Of a stretch of DNA of 64,000 nt, positions 19,777-30,600 are shown one piece after another. The position numbers and the translations under genes are program-made. Location: positions 1 through 64,000 of the forward strand of contig CAVRFW010000008.1 of NCBI GenBank assembly GCA_963720565.1. The letters run 5' to 3'. Numbering within the stretch: the stretch's first letter is position 1; each line of letters starts with the position of its first letter. The notes under the pieces are model-generated. The model was given only the letters and a program-made list of their open reading frames with translations, had not been told where the DNA came from and did not search any database. This stretch comes from Candidatus Bathyarchaeota archaeon (lineage in GTDB: Archaea; Thermoproteota; Bathyarchaeia; Bathyarchaeales; Bathycorpusculaceae).

Positions 19777-21825
19777 TTATTGAGTCTCAGCCAACGCGGC
19801 CTTTGTGTAAGGCACAAACTCCCTAACAGTCTCAACGGAAGCTTTGCCAACTTTCTCACGATGCTCCTTTGGCAACTTTGAGGCTAGAACTCCCAAAATC
19901 CTTTTTAGAAGCTCTTTTCCCATCAAATCGCCTGGCGCCAGCATCAAGTACACGTTTGTTTTTGCCTTCACAGCATCAACCGGTCCTCCCATGAAAACCA
20001 CTTCTCCGTTTGCCAATACGCCGACTGCGAGCCTCAGCGACACGCCACGTGTCCAATTCCTTTTTCCAATCACTGCAAACGCTCCATGAGGCACATACTC
20101 ACCTGATGGCCCACTCTTGCTAAGCTGGTCAGGCCTAACCCAGTAAACATCAGCTGAACCAGTGTTTTCGCGCCAAGCTCGCGAATAGGCAGCGGCAAAC
20201 TCGGCAGATTCGCGTAGTGTTTGCTCACTCACCGGTTTACCTTCGGATTTTACCACAACAAAGGGGGCACCTGTAATTTCAGCATGAAACACAACATCAT
20301 CCTTTGCGGTGTGTCTTTTTATGAGCACCTCATTGCTGACCGTGTCTTTGCCTGCAACCACCAAGAACCCGTCTGAAGAGGTGAACCAGTGAAACTTTTC
20401 AAACCACTCCTTGGTTTTTACCTTGCGTTCAGCCAGCCTTTCCGCAGCTTCCGCGGGCTTGGCAAGTTTCAAAGTCTCAGCTTGGCCTATTTTTCGTTCG
20501 ATTTCAGCCAGTTTCCTGCGCGACTCTTTTAATGCGGTAAGCGCACCGGTTGACTTCTGCCTTGCTTTCTTGCCGCGTTCATAGTATTCCGCAGCATTCT
20601 CAAAGAGGGTTTTGCGGAGGCTCAAACTAAAATGCGAGTCATCCGAGCAAACGTTAAGTGCTTGGTTCCGTGCGTCAAAGGATTCGAAGCTAACTTCAGG
20701 TTTTCCGGAGGGAGTTTTAGCAGCTGAGATTTCAGAGAAGACGGCACTTAGGTTTTTGTCTTGTTGCTTCGCTTCTGCGAACTTGGTTAGAATAGATTGA
20801 ATCTCTCCGGAATGGGCGTATATAGTGTCACCAACGCGTCTGTCCTTGTCTACTCTGTCATCGTCTTCTCTCAATGCTTGTTCCTGAGCAACAATGACAC
20901 GTCTGAGTCTTTCAGCTTCTCGATTTAGTCTGTCGGTTTGGACACTTGCAACGGCCTTTTCAGTCGTAGTGACTAGCCCATAGAACTCGTCAAGAGCTAG
21001 ATTGAAACTGTCGTACTGCCGGGTTTTGTAGGCTTCGTAACGCTTCAGCCTGAAGGGTGCGACATCAAGAAAAGCTCCGTCTTCGGCCAAAACAATGTTG
21101 GACTCCGCTTTGGAGGTTGAGACGGCTGAAAGTAAACCCTGAAGATGCTCAAATACAGCGTCGAAATCACGGTCAGTCAAATCGTTACAGTGCTTGGCTT
21201 TGTCCACGCCAGCCCTCAGCAGTATTTCCTCCGCGTAGAACCCTCCCACTCCCAGAAAACGGGCAGTTGCCCTGACAACCTCAGCATCCCCGGCTTTTTT
21301 CAAAGCTTCTTCCAAAGCTTCCTTTGTTACTTTGAACGGGTTTTCGCCGGCTGAGGGAGGTAACTGGAATACTTCGTTACGCAGTATGTTTCGATCGCGC
21401 ATCCGCTTGAAAACCAGAGCCTGCAGTATCTCAGCTTTTTCACTTGTTAAGATTATGTTTCCTTCGCCGAAGAGCTCAAGAATTAACCTCAGCGTGCCCT
21501 CTTTTGTCTTAAACTGAACAGTGACTATACGTTCAAACTCGTGTTGAACTATGTCTGTTATCCAAGCACCGCGGAGGTATTTCCTCAACGCCATACAGAA
21601 AGCGGGCGGAACATGAGGACTCTCAGAGGAGTAGACGGTTAAATGCAAACGTCTACCAGCTTCCATGACAAGCCGGAGCGGAGCCAGACTAGTCTTATGC
21701 AACTTCAAGACGAGTGTTTTAGGATCAAGTTGGTAGACATTGTTTACTCGGGAATCCACTATAGCATCTTTCAATTCGCCAACAACGACAGCAACGTCGA
21801 AACTTGTGAATTCTTTCTTCGTCAA
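19777..21825 (-). CDS. rqcH: Archaeal Rqc2/RqcH (NFACT) ribosome rescue factor
   Basis: FTSFDV, FCMALRKYL, FERIV, ELFGEGNIIL, WFEKFHWF, VAGKD..SNE, FHAEITGAP. Confidence 0.93.
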   Translation of the reverse strand: MTKKEFTSFDVAVVVGELKDAIVDSRVNNVYQLDPKTLVLKLHKTSLAPLRLVMEAGRRLHLTVYSSESPHVPPAFCMALRKYLRGAWITDIVQHEFERIVTVQFKTKEGTLRLILELFGEGNIILTSEKAEILQALVFKRMRDRNILRNEVFQLPPSAGENPFKVTKEALEEALKKAGDAEVVRATARFLGVGGFYAEEILLRAGVDKAKHCNDLTDRDFDAVFEHLQGLLSAVSTSKAESNIVLAEDGAFLDVAPFRLKRYEAYKTRQYDSFNLALDEFYGLVTTTEKAVASVQTDRLNREAERLRRVIVAQEQALREDDDRVDKDRRVGDTIYAHSGEIQSILTKFAEAKQQDKNLSAVFSEISAAKTPSGKPEVSFESFDARNQALNVCSDDSHFSLSLRKTLFENAAEYYERGKKARQKSTGALTALKESRRKLAEIERKIGQAETLKLAKPAEAAERLAERKVKTKEWFEKFHWFTSSDGFLVVAGKDTVSNEVLIKRHTAKDDVVFHAEITGAPFVVVKSEGKPVSEQTLRESAEFAAAYSRAWRENTGSADVYWVRPDQLSKSGPSGEYVPHGAFAVIGKRNWTRGVSLRLAVGVLANGEVVFMGGPVDAVKAKTNVYLMLAPGDLMGKELLKRILGVLASKLPKEHREKVGKASVETVREFVPYTKAALAETQ

Positions 21826-22142
21826 AGCACTTCACTTGAATCTAGATAGATGCGGAGTATAAAAAATCCTTTTGCAATCCATCAAAAAACCATTCTCAAA
21901 ACCGGTTTCTTACCTCACACCAAACCGACTAGCAACAGGTCTTGCGGCTAATGCTGCTACTGCTCGCGAAAAAACAACTTTTGACGAGTCAATAAACAGC
22001 AGGACGGGTTCTTCTAGTCATGATGGAAGAGGCTCCCAAACCAGAGGCGAAATGCAGAGTTAATTTCGGAAAAACACTTCATAGCGACTAGGCAACTTTT
22101 TAATTAAGGTTCAAAATATACTCTGCAAGGATTGAAACACGC

Positions 22143-22430
22143 TTGAAACCACTCGTACTGCTTTATTGGATAAGGTTTGCACTTGGCGTAGTTGCAGGCT
22201 TAGTAAGTGCAATAGTAGCAACAATGTCTGACCCAGCGATGTTCACTACCTTCATGAATGGCATAACCATCGCGTTACTGGTCTACTTAATGTCTTACTA
22301 TGTTTTGAAAGCCAAATTCGCAGCCACAATTGAAAAGCAGTCAAAAATTATGACTATGGGCATATTCATGTACTTTCTAGCGTGGGCGGTCTTCTTCGTA
22401 CTTACCTATTCTTTTCTAAGTACACCTTAG
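22143..22430 (+). CDS. EMC6/Rab5ip-like small membrane protein
   Basis: YWIRFALGVVAG...GIFMYFLAWAVFFVLTY, 3 TM. Confidence 0.6.
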   Translation: MKPLVLLYWIRFALGVVAGLVSAIVATMSDPAMFTTFMNGITIALLVYLMSYYVLKAKFAATIEKQSKIMTMGIFMYFLAWAVFFVLTYSFLSTP

Positions 22431-22891
22431 GATTCTTGTTCTTGTGTTGCCTTCTGCAGAAAGTTCGCCATCGTAACCTGGCTCTTATCGCTTCTCAGAG
22501 TTTCAATCGTTTCCTTATCGGCAACTTTTTCGCTCTTTTGAGGAGACGGAACATCAATCCGCGTGAGTATGCGCATGCAGTCAGCCCAAGCAGAAAAGTA
22601 ACCCCGATCAAAATCCCCATGAAGCCCATTTCTCATATGATCTAGAAACTCGCGTCTATACTCGTGCAAAGCAACTTTGTCATTCAAATCCAACTTGGGA
22701 AAGAGTGCATACGAGTCATTATTGCTTCTACGCGCAAGGTACATTCCGCGCAAAGCTCTGAAGTACCCCCTGTTCCACTCAGTTTTCTGCATTTTCTGCT
22801 TAATGCGCTCCAACTCCCGTTCAGCTTCAGTAAACTGCCTGCTTACTATAAGTTGGAAATAACGAGTGACTAAGGCTTGAGATATAGGCAT
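22427..22891 (-). CDS. Hypothetical protein co-transcribed with radA
   Basis: 154-aa ORF starting 2 bp after the radA stop; repeated RGYF motif. Confidence 0.7.
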   Translation of the reverse strand: MPISQALVTRYFQLIVSRQFTEAERELERIKQKMQKTEWNRGYFRALRGMYLARRSNNDSYALFPKLDLNDKVALHEYRREFLDHMRNGLHGDFDRGYFSAWADCMRILTRIDVPSPQKSEKVADKETIETLRSDKSQVTMANFLQKATQEQES

Positions 22892-22893
22892 AC

Positions 22894-23925
22894 TTAACGT
22901 CCGCGACCTTTGCTTGCTTTCTCCTCTTCAGAGACATCTTCTATTCCGTTTTCAGTTACTTTAAGTATTTCCTCGCCTTCGGGCAAATATGGACTTGAAA
23001 CCAGCCTTGCAATGCGTATGGGACCACGCGATGCTCGCCTAAGATAGAGTCGCGTGTGACTCGTGTGCCCCACAATGTGACCGCCAATTGGTTGAACAGC
23101 ATCGCCGAAGAAAATGTCAGGCTTAGCCATGACTTGATTAGTAACGACTGCAACAGCGTTGAATGCTCTAGCCAGGCCGATGAGTTTGTGCATGTGTTTG
23201 TTCAGCTTCTGTTGCCTAGAGGCTAACATTTCTCTGCCTATGTACTCGCTTCTGAAATGAGCGGTCAAAGAATCAACGATAATGAGCTTCACATTGTTTG
23301 CCTTCAAGATTTCATCAGCATTCTCTAGAAGAAACATCTGATGATCCGATGTGTAAGCTTCAGCGTAGATAATGTTCTTAACAACTGCCTCCGGATCGAG
23401 CCCCAAATGCTTAGACATCTGCACGATACGTTCAAGTCTAAAAGTGTTCTCTGTGTCCACGTACAAAGCAGAGCCGCCAAGACCGCCACGCTCTGGAGGC
23501 AATTGAACATTTACGCAGAGTTGATGGCAAATCTGGCTCTTCCCACTACCGTATTCACCGTAAAACTCTGAGATGGTCTGCGTTTCCAAGCCACCATCCA
23601 AAATGTTATCCAATGCCTTGCTGCCCGTGGTTAAACGCAGGACATTCTGCCGCATTTTCATCAGTTCATCAGCGCGAATGAAATTAACTCCGATGGCTGA
23701 CCGTGCTGCTTCGATGATTGAGAAACCCTTCTTCTCGCCTACACCTATGGGTTCCAACTCGCGTGCAGTAGCCATGGCTAAAGACTCAACAGTGTGAAAA
23801 CCGAGCTCACGCAGCTTTTGGGCTGTGGCAGGTCCAACGCCTGGCAGGTCTTCAATAAATTCGTACTTCTTCTTGGTAGTTGTAGTCTCTTGATCTTGGC
23901 TTTCAACATCTGGGTCTTCTGACAA
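22894..23925 (-). CDS. radA: DNA repair and recombination protein RadA
   Basis: LPGVGPATA, GEYGSGKSQ Walker A, DTENTFR, IIVDS, TNQV, GGHIVGH. Confidence 0.97.
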   Translation of the reverse strand: MSEDPDVESQDQETTTTKKKYEFIEDLPGVGPATAQKLRELGFHTVESLAMATARELEPIGVGEKKGFSIIEAARSAIGVNFIRADELMKMRQNVLRLTTGSKALDNILDGGLETQTISEFYGEYGSGKSQICHQLCVNVQLPPERGGLGGSALYVDTENTFRLERIVQMSKHLGLDPEAVVKNIIYAEAYTSDHQMFLLENADEILKANNVKLIIVDSLTAHFRSEYIGREMLASRQQKLNKHMHKLIGLARAFNAVAVVTNQVMAKPDIFFGDAVQPIGGHIVGHTSHTRLYLRRASRGPIRIARLVSSPYLPEGEEILKVTENGIEDVSEEEKASKGRGR

Positions 23926-24149
23926 CTATCTCACGCTCGGAGAACAGTTAACAAAAGGCATATTTAAAACACGCGAAGCAGGAGACCTCGAGATACTTGG
24001 AGAGGTAGTTTAAAGTGAAACGCAATTTCACAGTCCTAGCCGAAATATGTCGCGACTTCATTTTGTATTTGTGAATAGTAATCTTGAATTTGGTTTTTCT
24101 CTTCGGAAAATTTAATATTAAATCGCAATAGTCAATACTGAGTTGGTTC

Positions 24150-24605
24150 ATGTTGGCTGAAAATATTTTCAAAAGCAAAGATAAAATTGCATCTTCGGGA
24201 ACAAAAATCCTAAGCATAGGAGTTGTGTTGCTAATATTCACTTTCATAAGTGCATTCGTATTCCTAACTGAAAACTTGCAGATACTTGCAACACAAAACA
24301 TGGCGCAGACTTTTGGTGAAGCTTTGGGCCCTTTGATTGCCACTTGTGTACGTGTAATGTATCTAGGAGTCATGGGCTGGATTGGTTCGCTAATAACAAT
24401 CCGGGGAATTACCATTATGAACAGTGCGCCTAAGGTAGAAGCAAGCGGGACTCAACCTCAAGAGGTTTTGCAGAAAACACAGCTTAAGCCTCAGCGGGTA
24501 CAAGAAAAAGCTAAGAGAGAAACGAAGGCAAAAGTTGATCCTGCTGAGCCAGAAATGGTTGTTATTCCGACGGAAGAAATGCAACAGCAAAAGAAACCTG
24601 CGTGA
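24150..24605 (+). CDS. Hypothetical membrane protein
   Basis: Two TM segments and a charged tail. Confidence 0.65.
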   Translation: MLAENIFKSKDKIASSGTKILSIGVVLLIFTFISAFVFLTENLQILATQNMAQTFGEALGPLIATCVRVMYLGVMGWIGSLITIRGITIMNSAPKVEASGTQPQEVLQKTQLKPQRVQEKAKRETKAKVDPAEPEMVVIPTEEMQQQKKPA

Positions 24606-24642
24606 GAAGTCCAACCAAAGCTTTCGTTAGAGAAGACCTGCG

Positions 24643-25431
24643 ATGAAAGTACCGATTCGAATGCTCGGGATAGCTACTGTTATCTTCTGGGTGTTCTTGG
24701 CAGCATTCATTGGTCTGGCAGCCTATTCAATCAAGGACTTAGGCCTCGATGTAGGAGAAACACAAGTCTCAACAACTCCGAACGGTGAGCTACTATTTTC
24801 TTTGCCCATTTTCATAGACAACAAAGGCTATTCTAGCCTCAATGATCTGAAAATAACAACGGTGTTCTTCGATGAAAGCGGTGCAGAAATCTCAAAAGCA
24901 TCCACCTCTGTACCCACGATTTCGCAAGGAGAAACTGCAATGATAACTCACAATGCAACGCTGAACGTGAATGCCCTACTCCTCAAAGGAGAGGAGTACT
25001 TGCTCGAAGACCAAAATCTCGCGGCTTCCGTTACCACTGGATTAACCCTTGCAGAGTTGCTTCCTGTTCAAATCTCAACCAACTTCACATATCCGTGGGG
25101 GGCACCTTTCTACAATTTCAGATTAAGCCAGCCATCAGTTGGGAGTTTTAACGTAACCCATTATAGCGTAGTCGTGCCCGTAAGTTTTGAAAATCACGCC
25201 GCTTTTGACCTGACGGGCAACATAAGAATTCAACTTTTCAGCAACGATGACAAGCTACTAAGCGAAACTCAGACAAGTTTCAATGCTCCGAGGCAAACAT
25301 CCTACGCTGATGAAGTAGAATTCCAAATTGGTGCGAATTCAGAATCATTGCTAAACCAGAATTGGCATTTCAACATTTACTTCTCCACTGCACTTTTCGA
25401 GTATGGACCCTTGGTGATTCCATATGGTTGA
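24643..25431 (+). CDS. Membrane-anchored protein with Ig/LEA-2-like beta domains
   Basis: N-terminal TM; two beta-rich repeats (IDNKGYSSL / FENHAAFDL). Confidence 0.6.
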   Translation: MKVPIRMLGIATVIFWVFLAAFIGLAAYSIKDLGLDVGETQVSTTPNGELLFSLPIFIDNKGYSSLNDLKITTVFFDESGAEISKASTSVPTISQGETAMITHNATLNVNALLLKGEEYLLEDQNLAASVTTGLTLAELLPVQISTNFTYPWGAPFYNFRLSQPSVGSFNVTHYSVVVPVSFENHAAFDLTGNIRIQLFSNDDKLLSETQTSFNAPRQTSYADEVEFQIGANSESLLNQNWHFNIYFSTALFEYGPLVIPYG

Positions 25432-25891
25432 GCAAAATAGAAAACCCCAAAACAAAGTCAAAGACATTTCATCAAGAGTAGCCATAGCAGCAGTGCGAGC
25501 CATACTCATGTACGTTTTGTTTATGCTCACGACGATGCTGCTAGCACCTCTTCTTGAATATATGCCAGGAATAATAGAAACGATTGAAACATTTGTCATA
25601 GTTTTCACCGTGTTCATGATTTTGGGCGATCTGACTAGAGGCACTATTTTTCACCATTTCCTCAACGTAGCAAGATCACTTTTCGTAATCGCCTATTTGG
25701 TTCTGTCAATCGGTGATGGTATGGTTGGTACCAGCTACGAAAGTTACACCATAACCCTAGACCTGACGATGTTCTACGCCTTTGCTGCTACGCTGAGCCT
25801 GTTAGGCTTGGCAAGGTCAATTCTGCAAACAATAAGCTATGTTAACGAGAGAACAGAAGCAGTCTATGCCCTGCAAGCTAAAACCAAGTAA
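25424..25891 (+). CDS. Hypothetical 4-TM membrane protein
   Basis: Hydrophobic ORF overlapping the upstream gene. Confidence 0.65.
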   Translation: MVEQNRKPQNKVKDISSRVAIAAVRAILMYVLFMLTTMLLAPLLEYMPGIIETIETFVIVFTVFMILGDLTRGTIFHHFLNVARSLFVIAYLVLSIGDGMVGTSYESYTITLDLTMFYAFAATLSLLGLARSILQTISYVNERTEAVYALQAKTK

Positions 25892-25910
25892 TTGGCAATT
25901 CTGCAATTTC

Positions 25911-27365
25911 TTATCTCTTTCCCAATAAAACACTAATTGTCTTCCTCGGATTTCTGATGCCGCGTAACACTTTGTCTCGGGTAAAAGTGGGGTTGACAAG
26001 GTTTGCTTGCGCACACAACTCGCGCAACTCGTTCGCCGTGAACTCCGGCGTCTCAATGAGCGGCTCAGCTGCCGCTAGAGCATCATCACTGAAACAATCC
26101 CTTAAGAAACCGCCCTTCTTAGCCTGCTCATAAAGTTCAGTTCCATGAATGGGTGTAGCTATGCTGAAGACGAAGCTCTCAGCGCCCAGTTGTCTGAGCT
26201 TGTAGGCAAAATCGATGGTTTGCTTAATTTCTTCTTTCGTTTCTCCTATAAGCCCTATAACAAAGAAACAGCCCACCTTAATTCCAACTTTCTTACAAAG
26301 GACTACTGCGCGTTCCACGCTTTTCAAGTCCAAATTCTTCTTGACAATTTGATCCACAACACGCTGAACACCAGATTCAGGAGCCACACGAATCTTCTTG
26401 CAGCCTGATTTTTTCATTTTTGTCAAAAGCTTTTCATCCAGCGTGTCCGCCCTAACACCGTTCGGGGTAAACCATTCAACGTGAAGCCCCCTTTTCACGA
26501 TTAAGTCACAGATTTTTTCCATTCGGTTCTTGTCAAACGTCATATTGTCATCTAAAAAATCAATCTGTTTAACATTATAGGTTTTGACGACCTGCTCTAT
26601 CTCGTCAACAACGTTCTCAGGGCTTCTGCCGCGCCATTTTCTACCCCACATTATGTGGTGGGTACAGAAGACACAGTTGTAAGGGCAACCTCTACTGGTG
26701 AAAATCATCGTCCAAGGTTTGCTGATTTCTCCTCTCAAAGGGTTTTCTTTCACGACTGCAGAATACGCGTCCATTGGAAGCAAGTGCCTCGAAGGAAACG
26801 GAAGAGAATCCAAGTCCTCTATAGGTTGGCGCGGCGAGGTAATGATTGGCACGCCGTTCTCGACAAAACCAATGCCTTCTACTGTCGTAAGGTCGTATGT
26901 TTCTCTTTCCAGTGCATCGACCAACTCAATCATCGTGTATTCTGGTTCGCCTATTACTACGAAATCAACATCGGGATTTGCAAGGCAATCTATAGGTCTC
27001 GCAGAGGGATGTTGCCCCTCCAACACCGTGGCGATGTCTTTGTTAATGCCTTTTACTAGTGAAGCAACCTCAAAAGCGGGCTTGATCCAACCGGAAAACG
27101 GAATTTCTATAATAACAATGTCGGGCAAACACTGCTTAACTCTGTGCGCTATTTCGGCATTGCTTAGACCAACTCGATATTTTGTTTCATCTGCTCGAAG
27201 ATTTCTCCAGCCCTCTGTGGGAGCGTCTATAATATAGACTTCGTGTTTTTTTTCAAGCACTGCAGCTATGTATGCTAATCCGATGGGGGGGACCACACTC
27301 GGTTTTCCCCATGCTTTGGGCTGAATACGAGGGGGATTAATCAAGCAAACGCGCAATTTTGCCAC
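25911..27365 (-). CDS. Cobalamin-binding radical SAM enzyme
   Basis: PPIGLAYIAA, EGQHPS, IGEPE; TSRGCPYNCVFC; APESG. Confidence 0.92.
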   Translation of the reverse strand: MAKLRVCLINPPRIQPKAWGKPSVVPPIGLAYIAAVLEKKHEVYIIDAPTEGWRNLRADETKYRVGLSNAEIAHRVKQCLPDIVIIEIPFSGWIKPAFEVASLVKGINKDIATVLEGQHPSARPIDCLANPDVDFVVIGEPEYTMIELVDALERETYDLTTVEGIGFVENGVPIITSPRQPIEDLDSLPFPSRHLLPMDAYSAVVKENPLRGEISKPWTMIFTSRGCPYNCVFCTHHIMWGRKWRGRSPENVVDEIEQVVKTYNVKQIDFLDDNMTFDKNRMEKICDLIVKRGLHVEWFTPNGVRADTLDEKLLTKMKKSGCKKIRVAPESGVQRVVDQIVKKNLDLKSVERAVVLCKKVGIKVGCFFVIGLIGETKEEIKQTIDFAYKLRQLGAESFVFSIATPIHGTELYEQAKKGGFLRDCFSDDALAAAEPLIETPEFTANELRELCAQANLVNPTFTRDKVLRGIRNPRKTISVLLGKR

Positions 27366-27561
27366 CTGTTACACGTGTTTTAAAAGCAGCGCAGGCTGAA
27401 ACAACCCAAAGAAGATGCCTTTTGCCGCTGAAAACCGTGTGAATCATGCCTAACGTACATTCCTAGGCGAAAATTAGTGAGACACTGCGATTAATACGTT
27501 TTGCAGACTGGAGACAAACACAGTGTTGTTTGTCTGGCTTTAGGAAAATTTGGAAAAAGGT

Positions 27562-30345
27562 CTATTTTCTGGTTCGTTTAATGTAAGCATACCCAAACAA
27601 GATAACGGAAATTGCAACTAGACCGATAGCTACCGCGTAGATGTATTCCAAGATCGGCTGGTTTTCTGTGGCGGCTGTAGCTTCCATAAAGATGGGTGTG
27701 CTGTATGCGGATGAGTAGTAACTCTTATCTGAATTCCATTGTGCGAGAACACTCCAGTTTCCAGCAACTTCAGGTGTGAAGGTGAAGTTGAATGCACCCT
27801 TACTAGAGGTAACGACTTGCAGGTCAGTAACCGAACCGTCAGGTTTAATCACGTGCACTATTATAGGCGCATCAGGATAGGCTGGTGAGAGATTGCCGAA
27901 CCCAGTCACTAATTCGCCCACTGTCGTCTGATGCTTAGTCAATTCGATGGTGAGGTTGCTAGTTTTTGAAGGAGCTTCCGCGAGGCAATAAACATTCCAG
28001 TCGTTGTTTCCAACGTATAATCTGCCTTCACCTGCTGTTGGGGAGGACCAACTGTTGGAACTTGTCTTAAAAACCGAGAGTTTGTCACCATCTGTGGCGT
28101 TCAAGACGTAGACGGAACGCTGATCGGTCACGACGTACAGCTTTCCGTCAGCGTAGGAGGGTGAAACGTAAAGCTCTTCTCCCAGATAAGTACTCCAAAC
28201 AGTTAAGCCAGTGTGAGCGTTAACACAGACTATTGAGTAATGGTCGACAATGAAGAGACTGCCGTCTTTGCAGACGGGGGAGCATACTATGAACTCTCCA
28301 GCACCAGAAGTCCTGTATGTCCATTCCACATTGCCGTTCACAGTGCTAATCCCGTAATACTCTTTGACGTTGGAGGACGCAAAGACCAGACCCTCTGCAA
28401 CTGTGGGAGACGCATGCATGTCAGTTCCCCCCGTGAGGATAACCTCATACGGAAGCTCTCTCTTCCATAGAAAACTGCCATCAATTGCGTTCAGCTTGTA
28501 AAGAGAACCAGAATCTGGCTCCTGCGAAACAGCATAAACAGCGTTATCAACAACCGCTGGAGAAGACGTGATGTAACCCCCGGTCTTATACGTCCAGACT
28601 ATGCTGCCATCGTCTGCATCTAAACAATAGACATTAGTGTCCAGCGATCCCACGTAGACCTTACCTCCGACTACAGTGGGAGATGAACGCAATGCTGGTG
28701 CAGCACCGAAATTAACCTGAATTTTACCTCCTGCGTTCCTCGACCAGACGAGACTACCGTCGTCAGCGTCGAGACAGTAAATGTTTCCATCGTCTGGACC
28801 TATGTACACTTTTCCATCAAATATTGCCGGTGAAGATTTAACGCGCTCGCCGGTTTGGAACTTCCAGATAAAACTGCCTGTCAGCGCGCTGACACAGTAG
28901 ATGTTCTTGTCGTGCGATCCGAAGTAGATTCGGCCGTCTGAGATGCTTGGTGAAGAAACAACAGCGCCAGAAGATGCAAAACTCCACTGCAAAGCAAGAT
29001 TTGTTGGACCTGATTGGCCAGCTGCTGAATGAGCTGAATCGTGCCGCCACATAGGCCACGAGTTGGTTCCGATTGCCCATATCTGATTAGTCGTTGCGTA
29101 CTCTTCTCCTGATTCAACATCGACAGAGGTTGTCACGTCACCGGGAATCAGGTACAAATTGCCATAGGCAACGGCAACTGATTCTCGCGGAGCAAAAGCC
29201 TCAACTGGAAGTTTCCATACAAGTTCCCCAGTGTAAGCGTCAAGGCATACGAACTCAGATTCGCTTTGCTGACCTGTATAGGAAGCGGTTTGCCCTGTTG
29301 TAGCGTAGATTTTGCCATCAGCGACAGTGGGATTTCCAGGAAATATCAGAGTTCCCGGTCCTGCATACTTCCAAACCAAATTCCCCGTGTTTACGTCAAG
29401 AGCATAGAGATGCCCGTCTTTGTTGAGCTCGTATACCATTCCATAAGCAACTGCGGGACCAATGCAGAAATAGCCATCTTGGGTTCCAGGGTTGAAAGTC
29501 CAAAGAATTTTGCCAGTGTCGGCATCGAAGCAATACAAAGAGTTGTCATGGGTGCCTCCCCTGAAGAATTTGCCCTGGTAGTAAGAACCGGAGAAAACCA
29601 TTGGAGTTTTTGTTTCTGTATCCCAGACAACACGGCCTGTTCTTGCGTCAAGCGCTACTTGATGTGGATCATATGATCCGGGGAACACTTTGCCATCTCC
29701 GTACTGCACTCCCGAACCGACTAATCCGCCCCCGGAAACGTATGTCTCCCATGCTTTCGTTGGGGGAGTTGATGGATTGGAAAAATCCCAGCCTTGAACG
29801 AAAGAACCAGTTTTAATGTAGAACATTTCTTCCTCTGGACTGTAGACGTTGGCAACAAAAAAAGCCGAAGGATTTGCAGAGAAAACATCGCTGGTCCATA
29901 AGACACGCCCGTTTTCTACGTCAAGACAACTATTCCCTATGACTAGACGCGTATCATCAATCTTGTACACTGATGGCCACGATCCAGGCGCGGGCACAGT
30001 AGTGTTCCATATGACGCCTCCTGTTTTCCTGTCGAGGGCGAAAACCTGAGTTTTTGTTGTGACAAATACTTTGCCACAAAACGCTGAGACGTAGCTCTGT
30101 ATTCCAGTAATGTTAGTTTTCCACAAGAAATCACTCGTTTCTGGGGCAGGTCCCGCTGAAAAACGTGAGAAAGATGAATCACCTTGAAGCTGCGGCCACT
30201 CATACTGGAGCAAGGCGCTGTAACCATCATCTCCGCCGTTTGAGGGCTTCAGGTTTCTGTTGAAGTATAGGTCCCTTACAAAAAGTGATCCGATTAGCAG
30301 AAGAACTAATGCAATAATGATAAGAAAAAGCTTCGAGAGCCTCAT
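27562..30345 (-). CDS. PQQ-type tandem beta-propeller surface protein with Ig-like domain and C-terminal anchor
   Basis: N-terminal hydrophobic segment, two domains starting WPQLQGD and WPMWRHD, repeated Y.LDA.TG..W blades, C-terminal TM then KRTRK. Confidence 0.88.
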   Translation of the reverse strand: MRLSKLFLIIIALVLLLIGSLFVRDLYFNRNLKPSNGGDDGYSALLQYEWPQLQGDSSFSRFSAGPAPETSDFLWKTNITGIQSYVSAFCGKVFVTTKTQVFALDRKTGGVIWNTTVPAPGSWPSVYKIDDTRLVIGNSCLDVENGRVLWTSDVFSANPSAFFVANVYSPEEEMFYIKTGSFVQGWDFSNPSTPPTKAWETYVSGGGLVGSGVQYGDGKVFPGSYDPHQVALDARTGRVVWDTETKTPMVFSGSYYQGKFFRGGTHDNSLYCFDADTGKILWTFNPGTQDGYFCIGPAVAYGMVYELNKDGHLYALDVNTGNLVWKYAGPGTLIFPGNPTVADGKIYATTGQTASYTGQQSESEFVCLDAYTGELVWKLPVEAFAPRESVAVAYGNLYLIPGDVTTSVDVESGEEYATTNQIWAIGTNSWPMWRHDSAHSAAGQSGPTNLALQWSFASSGAVVSSPSISDGRIYFGSHDKNIYCVSALTGSFIWKFQTGERVKSSPAIFDGKVYIGPDDGNIYCLDADDGSLVWSRNAGGKIQVNFGAAPALRSSPTVVGGKVYVGSLDTNVYCLDADDGSIVWTYKTGGYITSSPAVVDNAVYAVSQEPDSGSLYKLNAIDGSFLWKRELPYEVILTGGTDMHASPTVAEGLVFASSNVKEYYGISTVNGNVEWTYRTSGAGEFIVCSPVCKDGSLFIVDHYSIVCVNAHTGLTVWSTYLGEELYVSPSYADGKLYVVTDQRSVYVLNATDGDKLSVFKTSSNSWSSPTAGEGRLYVGNNDWNVYCLAEAPSKTSNLTIELTKHQTTVGELVTGFGNLSPAYPDAPIIVHVIKPDGSVTDLQVVTSSKGAFNFTFTPEVAGNWSVLAQWNSDKSYYSSAYSTPIFMEATAATENQPILEYIYAVAIGLVAISVILFGYAYIKRTRK

Positions 30346-30600
30346 TTCCTAGCCTCTGAGATTGAAGGATGAACAACAATCTGCATAGAGTTTGTTTTCC
30401 CCAGCATCTAGTGGTAAGATTCAATGCAACTATAAACCTTACGGAACATGACTAAGCCGATTCAGCCTCGAAAAAACAAGGAAGCATCTGCTAAAAAACT
30501 GAGAATGCGTAGCTAGAAAGAACGCATAATCTTTTTTAGGTTCGAGTAAACCTTAAACGTGAAGGGTTAACTGGCGAAGATAATCATAAGGTGATTTTGG

